A stretch of 64,000 nucleotides of DNA from Balanoglossus misakiensis (lineage: Eukaryota > Animalia > Hemichordata). The stretch covers positions 6,436,301 to 6,500,300 of the forward strand of contig CM082577.2 of NCBI GenBank assembly GCA_040954595.2, in the 5' to 3' direction. The notes under the pieces are model-generated. The model was not told where the DNA came from. It saw only the letters and a list, made by a program, of their open reading frames with translations, and made no database searches. A program made the translations under genes and the position numbers. Positions 13,262-23,691 of this stretch are shown here, one piece after another; positions within the stretch are counted from its first letter, which is position 1; each line of letters begins with the position of its first letter.

Positions 13262-16200
13262 ATGGCGGACTTCGTAGAGGTGGAGGCGGCGCCGCCGTCA
13301 TTGCCAGAAGAAGAGAAAAAAGTGTCGCTTATCGGACCCGACGAAGACTCAAACGACACTGAAAGTGCAGATGAACCGCAGAATAATAATTATAAATTCT
13401 TTGCGCTTTACACCTACCACGCAAACAGGTAAGAGCAAACGCATCCACCCATCATCACAACCCCAGCATTACTGACATCATGGAGCTTGCATAATTTTTT
13501 CATCAAATATATTTCTATATTTTGGTATGAATTTCTCTCAGGCGATGCAAGATATGCTGACGTCGTTTTGTGTGTACAGTCATACAATCCATGTTACATC
13601 TACTGTCTTATCCATCCAGTGTAATGTGTGTGAACACTGACAATTGTAATGGGTTCATTATTTGTTGCAAACGTGCAATAACCTCATAATATCAAATTGC
13701 ATGTACACCTGTTTGTTGACACAGACCCAGTCCAACAACAACTCCAACCAATGACGGTGATGAGAGAAGTTCAGTTGCTGATTTCCTTCAAAAAGAAGCT
13801 GTAGCCAACAGTGATTTAAGGTTTGTAAAATCTTCTGGCATTAAAATATCTATAAATGGTTACTATGCTACATAGAATTACTCTTCATTTGTTTTTGTAT
13901 TATTTCAGCATATCAGTGATTGCCACAGACTTACCAGCAGAGAATGAAACAGAGCTTAGAAGCACAATAGCCAAAAGGCTGTCACGGGGGACTGTCTACA
14001 GTGGGAGTGGTAATATTGCAACAATGGAGATAGGTCTCGGGTAAGATGCACTTAGTACCTGAATAAAGTCCACATACACATGTTTGTTTCCTGAAATGAA
14101 CTCTATTTGTGTACTATTTGATCAAGTCAAGTAGGGGGAGTGAAATTAGCTGTAAGGTAAAATGCTAGCATATCCACAAAACCATGAATCTGTTTTCTAT
14201 CTGTTTCTTGTTAGGGGTCAAGATTCTACATCTTACTGCTACTATTGTCTGCTAAGGCAACCAGAAGATGAAACCTTGACGATGGAAGGAGACAGTGGTG
14301 GCATGACATCCAGGGAATATTTTGTGTGTTTTATCACCAACGAAGAGTCTGTCTTGGATCTATATCCTTTGCTTGTATAAACAGTGTCAAATATAAAGTT
14401 CTTGTGATCACATAATTATACTATTTAAGGTTGTAGTGCAATTCTAAGGAAATTGGTGCTTTTTTGAAAGACGTTTGGATGTTCCTAGCTGATACTGCTG
14501 CTGATCAGTAAGCCATGATGTCATCAAATGTCATCAACTGAAATTGCTCCTTGACGTTCCATACATTCAGATCAGAGTTGGATGTGTTCAGCCATGGCCT
14601 TTTACCACTGGTTGATGCCAATGTAAGTTGTAATACCACTACACTTAGATCTGGGTTTCCAATACATTTGGCCCGAACTGCCTGTTTTGCAGGACTTTGC
14701 TGTAGAACTGTTTTTGTTGATCTTACACTAGGGTTTCTTTCAGCTGACAGGGATCAGTCAAATACAAGAATACTTGGCGTGCTGGTACTTCAGTGCTGTG
14801 GAATACCTCTGCAGGAGTGTTCAGAAACTACAGAATGGTATTCCATACCTCATACATGCCGTAAGTATCCAGCTGCATTTTCCAATACTGCACTGCACGA
14901 CTGCAATTTTGCTGAGATGGCTTGTGGGTGCTCGCAGTGCTTGTAAATTACGAGAAAGTGTGGATTATTTAAGCATTATATTATACCAGTATATTGATGG
15001 TGTAAATCACGCTATTTGATTGGTCGAGACACGACACGTGACCGTGATATATTAGCCATATACCACAGTCATATATCATAGTCAAAGAAAATGCCTTTTT
15101 AAAATGTTTTATGCAAAGTTTCAATATACTGGCATAATATAATAGCAATAAAACACCCCCAGCCATGGTATATCACGAGATTTTGACCAGTTCACGACAT
15201 ATATGCACGAGCGATAGCGAGTGCGTATATGGAGTTGAACTGGTCAAAATCGAGTGGTATACCATGGCTGGGGGTGTTTTATTGCTATTATATTATGCCA
15301 GTATATTGAAACTTTGCATAAAACATTTTAAAAAGGCATTTTCTTTAACTATGATATATGACTGTGGTATATGGCTAATATATCACGGTCACGTGTCGTG
15401 TCTCGACCAATCAAATAGCGTGATTTACACCATCAATATACTGGTATAATATAATATGAAAATCCATAAGATGTACCACTGGAAAACAATGTCCTTTGTA
15501 AAGGAGACCTTTATACAGACTCACTTACCTGCATTCAACGTTATACAAAATTTAAAATTTGTCATTTCTGTCCAGGCGATGATGGATTATAAACTTGACA
15601 TCCAAGGTGGAGACGACATTTACAAGAAAGATATTGAAAAGTAAGTTTGGCAGCGAGTTCTGCATTGAATAAGGCTTGACACTATGACTTGTAGATGAAG
15701 AAACTTAGTCATGGACCAAACCATAGTGGTGAAAGGGTTAAACCAGGGACATCAGATGTCAGAGAAATGATGATGAGAAACAAAGAAAAATGAAAGGCAT
15801 TTGCGTCGTTTTATCATTTATTGCAGATTTTGCAAGTGTTGCACCCTTGCTGGACTGCTCCACCGCAGTCATGTCAGTGAGAAGATGACATCGAGCTCTG
15901 CTGAGACAAACCCTTCATCGCCACTGGTTGATGTAAATACAGATGACGGGGCACAGGTTCAGAAAAGACCAGACACAGAAAACACATTTACAGTGAAAAT
16001 CGACAGCGATACAGTGAACTTTGAAAATACAGGTAGGTGAAGGACGTGTTAAAATTCATTTAATTTTTGTCTTGTACATCGATGGTACATGTATCATGTC
16101 TCCAAAATTATTTTTCAGGTTTTAGTTAAAAGAGTAGTTGTACTGTAAATTTTATATTGTATGAGAGTCATTGTTTTTGAGATATTGCTGAGGAAAGTTA

Positions 16201-16888
16201 TGTAGGCCACCCCATGTCAGTGTGGTATAGGGAAGCAAAATCGTGTATTAAAGCTTCTATTTTGTTTTCTGTCCTCCAGAGTGCAATGATTTCTGTGCAG
16301 ACTGGGCCAAGGCTCTGTGCAGTACACACACAGACAGACCTGTGTATCTCCGACAAGTGATCGAGAATTTCAAACTGAGAGCCATCCAAGACATGAACAC
16401 GCTGAAGAGACTCATTCGTCAGGCGGAGAGCGATCACTACGCCCTCTACAGGTGAGTTTGGGTAAATCCCAACAGAGTACACTCTCAGAGACAATCCAGC
16501 TTCAATATTACCTTACCCATTTCTTCAATGGGAACATCTGATATTATTAGCCAGTACACTACAACCTGTCCAAGTGGAAATGTAATCTTTTCATAACTGA
16601 CCAAAATGGAAGTTACGCTTGAGGAAGTATTGACAACTAATCAAGATTAATATTTTGCTTTTCTTACGTTATTTACATCTTTATGTGTTGCTTTCAAACT
16701 GTAAAAAATGTCACCCATTTTTTCATAGGTCGTACTTGTTTTTGAAGAACTGTGGAAATGGAGCCATATTGCTACAAACAGCCAAGCTGGAGGATCACAC
16801 AGCGACTGCCCATGATGCACACCATGTACTCAAATCTCTGGAAGAGTTCATTGAAGAAAATGGAGGATTTAAAAACAGGCTGCGATAA
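13262..16888 (+). CDS. C17orf75: Protein Njmu-R1 (C17orf75; WDR11-FAM91A1 vesicle-tethering complex subunit), 10 exons, ~439 aa
   Basis: Exons 13262-13428, 13725-13820, 13909-14040, 14215-14361, 14565-14622, 14744-14860, 15576-15640, 15827-16032, 16280-16451, 16729-16888 (TAA) total 1320 nt in frame. Peptides LPAENETELRSTIAKRLSRG, CYYCLL, LRQVIENFKLRAIQDMNTLKRLIRQAESDHYALYR and YLFLKNCGNGAILL match the Njmu-R1 family. Confidence 0.9.
14362..14564 (+). other. U12-type (minor spliceosome) AT-AC intron in C17orf75
   Basis: 5' site ATATCCTTT at 14362, branch site TCCTTGAC at 14548-14555, 3' end AC at 14563-14564. Removal restores the frame ...VLDL|FRSELD...; read-through hits TAA at 14380. Confidence 0.92.
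14975..15455. mobile_element. 481-bp near-perfect foldback (palindromic MITE-like) element in C17orf75 intron 6
   Basis: ~238-bp arms are reverse complements from ATTATATTATACCAG (14975) to CTGGTATAATATAAT (15455), centred at 15213-15216. No coding capacity; TSD cannot be resolved from the TA-rich ends. Confidence 0.85.
15713..15741. mobile_element. Right-end fragment of the same TTAA-type MITE
   Basis: GGACCAAACCATAGTGGTGAAAGGGTTAA is nearly identical to 52806-52834. Confidence 0.55.
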
Positions 16889-17959
16889 ATTCCTGTCTGC
16901 TGGGAGTGTGGGATTGACAGTGTGGTTATCACTTCAGTCCCACATTCATGCAGACTAAAAAGCAAATGTGTATTCTGATATTTAATCAGATTGAATCACA
17001 TTATTCAGCAATGCAAGAATTCCTGACCATCTCCAGCTTCAACTTCAACCCTCGCCTCATTTCAAGCTGTTTGTCAACACACAAACACACCAGTGTATTC
17101 TGATGTCAATTCGAGACCAAAAACATACTTATTATGCAGGAGGATGTATATATTAATGTATTAATTAAGATGTTCCATACCCACATACTTCTTGCTCGAG
17201 GCAGTGGAGCTGTAGAGCAAAAATACGGTTCTTGTCTGACTAGGATGGGTTAAGCTGGGGTGTACTGTAATACAGCTTAGCCAGTATTTGATGTGTGTTT
17301 CATGATGTCATTGTGCAACCAAGCTGTCGTTCAAGTCCTTTTCATATTTCTAGCCTTACAGCATCAGAGTTAGCCGTGAAACAACGCAGAGATGGGATTT
17401 ACATACACTTGTAGATTGTTTGTACAGATGCCGGGTCCAGGGTAGCACCTTCTCTGGTGTTTGCAGTCACACTGTGCCGAAAATTAAATAGGTTATATTT
17501 ATGTAGTTATCCAACACTGCCTCATGGATTACACACACAAAAATGGCCATGAAATGAATTTGTCGGTCAGTTTTCTCTTGTAGGATAAGAATAATTTGCA
17601 TAGAAACAATGTTTTCACTGCACTGGAAAAATGGATGGCAAGAACGATGGGTCACATGACCTGCCGTGGTATAAATCAAATAATTAAAAAACTCCATTTC
17701 TGTGTACAGAACTTTTACTGACATAAATATAAATGTATTGGACAAGTTCATTGGTTTGAATTAAAAATAACGTCTCAAATTAATGCACAAAAGTCGCAGC
17801 AATAATCATAAATATATTTGCATTCAGAAAACAGGAAAAACTGAGTATAGATTTTTGGATGTCGAATACATAAACACTGAGGCAACCATTGATGCCAATA
17901 ACCCTAAAATCAGACCAAACTAAAGAAAAATTTTTAAATGATGTGTTTCCTTGCTTTCC

Positions 17960-19903
17960 TTATATGGGCACTTCATACGCAGGCGCAGACGTGGTGGTTG
18001 AGGAGTTCGTCTGCTGTTCTGTTGACCAATCAGAACCGCCGCCAGATGCAGATGAAATATTCTCCCAGGGCCACCTTCCCTGTGCTTGTCGGAGCGAAAA
18101 GACGGTGTTCACGCAAAACAGGATTAAGTTGAACCAAATAAAAATCTATGTGTGTAAGAAATGAAAAAAATACTATTAGGAGTCAGAAGATTGTTGCATG
18201 CAAGATAGATATTCAGGCACCCCGAGTATTTTGCATGATTCAAGTGCCATGCAACCATCTTCAAGAATGTTTAATTAAAAAGATCTCACGTTTTCAAACC
18301 ATAAACGCCACAAACGATTAAATCAATGTTTTTAAATGCATACATTTCAATCAGTCGTATTCAAACAGCCAGGTCTGACGTCTGAAGTACCTCGTTGTAC
18401 GTGGTTCAAAATTTACAAACAGATATCGGAAAAGCTTTCTCCGGGTATACTTACACATGCAGCGATGAGAGCGCCACGTCCGTTGGCCTTGACAGAGACT
18501 GTTATTGCTGCTGTAAAGTAGAGAACTGCACACGCTCCGTTGAATGTCACCTCCTGTTGAGTAAAAAAAATCATTGTACAACAGCTTTTCAGCCGTCATT
18601 ATCACTGTAACTGACCGTGTCATTAGCTGTAGTTTGGAGTTACTAGTATTCTGCAACTCAAAATCATCAACTGCATGTATGATGGAGGATGGGCTGTGGT
18701 CCGTAAAATTTGAAGTACATGCATGTGTTTTATTCGGCTAGTGAATTTTGAGTTGATTTGGCTGTAATGTAAGATGTCATGAAAATCATTAGTTTAGTTT
18801 GGGTCCCTAACCAAACTAAACTAATGATGTCACATCGTTGACTTTTGTCAGGTGATTATATTTGTACTATACAAGTCGTAAGTTTGCCCTCCAGTTTGGG
18901 TTGTGTAACATGACTGATACACTCACCTCCCATCCCCAGTTTAAGAACGTGATTTTGGACGTAACATTGCAGGCAAAGATAATGTAATTGATAATTCCTG
19001 CGAACCAGACAGTCATGGTGACAAAAAGTACCCAGACATTAGCAGGTATCCACACATAGGGAATAACACAGGCCCATGCTATCAAGCCAAGTACCTGAAA
19101 GCAAAATAACAAAAATACAATAGAAAAAAAACGTAATTATGCTATCAACTGGGACATTTTTTTTTTACATAGAAATTTAGCAAACTTGTGATTGGCATTT
19201 TCATGTAATGCAAGAATTGTCAATCAAATAAATTGCTCTGACTTGTAATTGACCGCAAACGTGTATTTCGTTTAAAAGATGGTGCATTTTTTGTATAAAC
19301 AGGTAGGAAAAGCTACTGTTAGCTTTCGATATCATTTTGGATCCACGAACAACGAACAATAATCTAACGATCACAGACTGTTATGAGCAAAGTGACCTTG
19401 AGTACTGGTTATGTAACATAAAATCATGGGACTTGTATTAAAAGGTATGACTATGACTTTCTTGGACCAAAGGTCCTAGGGGACTCAAAGGGAAATGGTT
19501 TTGCATTGTTTTGAGAAAAGAAGCTGTAGACGCTATAACTTTTGATGGTCTTTTTATATCTTCACTTAATGATCAGCCCCATTATAATGCGTTGTGACTT
19601 GTACTTAGACTGATAGCTGCATGTGTCAAGTCCGTCTTGAACGAGTGAATTATGATTCCAGTAATTTATTTTAATAATGAAAATTGTGAAGCACTTCACT
19701 AGTGAAATCATACTTACCAGCTGCAAAACCTTAAAAATGCCACTTGGTGACTGAAGAAAAGTCAAATTTATCGGAAGCAGATAAATTTTGTCCCCCTGCT
19801 GTTGGAGGTCCTGTTGAGGTGGTCTGGTGTCAGCTTCAATTCCTGACTGTGGGTCTGGCATTCCCTTTGTTGTTGGTTGGTTGTCGTAGGCCGGGTCCTC
19901 CAT
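17960..19903 (-). CDS. MARVEL-domain four-TM protein (plasmolipin/CMTM-like), 4 exons, ~212 aa
   Basis: Exons 19903-19718, 19094-18927, 18553-18455, 18145-17960 (TAA), all phase 0 GT-AG. FLQSPSGIFKVLQLVLGLIAWACV start motif, then three further hydrophobic helices (WVLFVTMTVW.., EVTFNGACAVLYFTAAI, AACIFIWFNLILF), typical of MARVEL proteins. Confidence 0.85.
18785..18828. repeat. Perfect 18-bp inverted repeat hairpin
   Basis: ATCATTAGTTTAGTTTGG-gtccctaa-CCAAACTAAACTAATGAT in MARVEL intron 2. Confidence 0.8.
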
Positions 19904-21751
19904 TTTGCGAGTTTCCGTCAAGTGCGACGATTGCCTGCGCGGTCAGCAGTTACGGATATGAAAGGCAGGTAGACATATTATCTAACATTAAATCTTGCCC
20001 TGCCGATTGATTCATATCATCGTATGCCATCAGTTTGGCAATAATCCAGGGTCTGGCAAGCAAATGATAGCCCAGGGTACTTAGAATTGTGTAAACATCG
20101 CCAAGAAACATTGGGTTATCAGGGAGCCAATCAGACAGGTAAAACAAGTCACTATCTTCTAGTTGGATAGCTCCATCAGGGACCAGCTGAGGGTTTTATT
20201 TTGCATGCATCAATTTATACCCAGGACAGGTGCGAAAAGTCCAAATTTGGACACAACCTATTTAGGGACTGTTCAGACTTTACTTCCAGGGTGGGGCCGG
20301 AGGATTTTTATTTTCCTGGTGATTTTTTTCATGGTCCCCCTAAAGGATTAACAGACTCATATACTCCAGAATACCACTTTTCTTCATCACGAAACAAGAC
20401 AACTCATAAAGACAACTAGATTTGAAATAAAGCAGCAGTTTATTTTCCCCAGGAATCAGAAGATTTTACCCAAGCCTAATGATGAAATGATAAAGTTATA
20501 TAATATATATATACATACTTGGTAATTACAAGCAACTGAATATTTACATTAAAATACACAATACGGTAGTAAATTTCTTGGTGTTTTTTTTTTCCGTTGG
20601 ATTTTTACCTGTTAATTTCTCTATTCCCAAACAGTTTCAAAATGGATCCATGCAGAAAAATACTGACAATACAGGAACACAAATAATATAAACATGCAGT
20701 TTATAGCTACAAATAAAGCTGGCCCAATGGCCATAGAAAGACAAAGCTGCCTGTTTTGCAAGAATAAAACCAGCAAAGAAAAAAACCCAACAAATATTAC
20801 ACCAAAATTTGTCTTTGTAGATTTAATACTGATTTTTTTCAGTAAATTTTAAAAACCCTGATCGATTGGCCTGATATTAGCTACTGTCTTCCTACAAGGC
20901 CCTTCAGTTTCACAGGCTGAAATGACAAAGAGCGCCATCTCGGGGGCAGTACAAGACAACAGTGATACCGCTGTGAGGTCGTACGAATCGTATTCAACCC
21001 TTCCACCACATTTGGATTAAACCCGATGGATTGTGTGGGTTGATTCAAACTGTGTAGGTACAAGGGGTTTCAAGTGAATGTGATAGTTCCTCTTCCAGGA
21101 AAATTCTAGACTCCATGAATATGAAAACAACTGGTCTGTGATCATTTCTGGTGGTCTTTCATTAATTTTTACAAAAAACACAACTTTCCAACTTTTCCAT
21201 GTGCTCTCTCACTTGCCTTTGATCAAAAATGAATCACTGAAAATTTCAAAATTTTCTGTTTGTAAATGTTACACAGTAATTTGCCAGAATGTCACGGCCG
21301 CTGACTGCAACTACCTGAAAGGCTGTTGCTACGGCAATGTCATTCTGTTGTCATGGTTACAATTTTACACTTTACCACCAGACCAATACATAGAATTACA
21401 AATTGTACAAAAAGGTAGAATGTACACAAGGTATAATGTCATTCCTGTACTGCATGTGATAATACTGAATTTTCTGAATGCAACTCTCCTTATATGGCAC
21501 ATAGTAATTGTCACATGATTTTCGAGTGCAGAGTTCAAAGGTGGTTACCATGGTATCATAATATATTGCACACATTCACCACAACACACTGATATAATTA
21601 TTACAATGTACGGTTGAAGTAATAAATGCTGTCAATCACAAAACGCAGAAGCTGATTGGCTCACAAGTAGCTAGCCACTCCCTCGTCACTGAATATTCTG
21701 ATACAGACATTTGCCCATGGCGTGCCCGAGTGGTCACAATTTTAGCTGCCA

Positions 21752-21850
21752 TTAATCCTTTCACTCCCCATTTCCATGTGGAGCAATCCAGCAATTCCAT
21801 TGAGAACAATGGAGTTGGACCAAAACCACAATGCTATAAGGGTGAAAGAT
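21752..21850. mobile_element. Degenerate copy of the same TTAA-type MITE
   Basis: TTAATCCTTTCAC...CCATTGAGAACAATGGAGTTGGACCAAAACCA...GGGTGAAAG aligns with 52734-52834. Confidence 0.5.
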
Positions 21851-23691
21851 GTGCACACCTTAAACATGAAAGCACTGAAATGTGGACTTGCAATAAAATT
21901 GACAAAAGGTACCAGAAAATCCACCATAAAAGGAGGGTCACCCATATTGCTGGTAATTGTTTCACAGCACTGTAAATTTGGCAGAAAATTGATCATAACA
22001 GGCTATCAAACAACTGACCATATTTTCTTTCACCATAAAAACTCTTGAAAAGAAATAAGAAAATCCAAACTTGCAATCTTGTTACTATCTTAGGATAAAT
22101 AATAATAATCACTGCCTTCAATTGACTTTCAACAATAAAACAATTGGACCTATATTTACAAATACTTGGGGGGAAAATGGAAAAATGTGACAATTCTACA
22201 ATGATAGATATCAACAGCTACACACAGAGGGTACTGGGAAAAACCCAGTAAATATAACTGGCAAACTTGTATTTGAGTTGTTCAGGTTGTTATATTCAAA
22301 ATAACTCATATTTTCAACAGTTAGCACACGATTGTCACGGTGAATGAAGCTCTGTCGTCCAGTTAAAAGATTACAATCACCTCTAATTTACATATGCCCA
22401 TATATGGCAAAAAGGCAACCCATGGAAGTCTGTGATAGGCTAAATCTCCGTATTCCATAGGTGACCATATACATTATCCTTTAACAGCATTTTCTATATA
22501 TTACAAACCTAAAGAATACATATATACATTGGCTATTCTTAATGCCACAAATCCTGTATCGCGACAATATATAGGACCAAAAATGTCACTTTTTAGTCTG
22601 CGTGATACAATGTCTTGATCTGATATATATAATTTTATGGGCTTCTCCAAATCTGTAAATGGCATGTGTGTAGCTTCATCTTTATCCCATTTTTTTCAAA
22701 AACATCAGACTGCCAAAAATCTAAGTGATAAATTTCTGGTCAAATGAAGTTGTGGGGACCTAATATGCTGAAACTGACACATGTGTGCTATATGGTGGCT
22801 GGAGCTAATTGGTCAATTAATGTGTGATGCACCTGGTACCTGGTGGATCCATGCAAATCTTGCTGATAAAACTGAACCACAGCTTGACCAAACCGACGTC
22901 TTTGACCTAGGCGTATTATGACAACTGAAGCAGCAGTTTATTTTGCCACCTTCTTTTAATGATCCTACATCGACCTCTACTAACTTCTTGCTTCAAGCAA
23001 AGCTTTTCAGAAATACACCCTAATTGTCTCCACACATCTCTTTGTACTCGTAAAACTCCCCTGTGACTTGATTTCATTTCAGTGATCAAAATACGAGGTT
23101 TAACGTACAGTGAACCGGACTATAGTTATTCCACTGTCGATGCAATTACTTGTTTCGTGTAACAAGCACACATTAATTGAAGTAAAAGTTTTAACACTGT
23201 GATTATCTGTTAGCACACACAGAAATCCCACTTATTCTGGCCCCCTTGCCAACTGGTACCAGACAAAAATAATACAAACTGTCCACTTTTAACACCTCTC
23301 TCTCTCTCTGACAGCTGTACATAATTTAAGTTTTTGTTGTTTGTAAAAAATAGATATGGATTTTTAAACCTAAATAAAGCTAGTACTGATAAATAGTTTT
23401 TGAACATTTGGAAGCCATGATAGAAAGCATTAAAATCCGTGTCTGTTTCTGCAACGTTTTCTTTCATTCAATATCGAAAGCTTCACACAAATCTCTCTGA
23501 TTCAAAAAATGGTAAATCTTGGAATATATACATTTGAATCTTTCGGTAAAATAATTCACACGCAGTCCTCGGAATGAACTTCTCTGTTATGACAGTGATC
23601 ATCTCGCTTTTCTTCATAAAGAAGTCCACTGTCTAAGAAAATCTTGAGACTTTGTCGGGGGGAGAGGGTGGGGGGGGGGAGGGGTTTCACT

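Noticed and set aside
14981-15449. Twin ORFs encoding the same peptide on opposite strands (MAGGVLLLLYY...)
   Set aside because: Direct consequence of the palindrome; intronic, no domain.
16889-17959. Possible overlap of convergent C17orf75 and MARVEL 3' UTRs
   Set aside because: Poly(A) sites cannot be placed from sequence alone.
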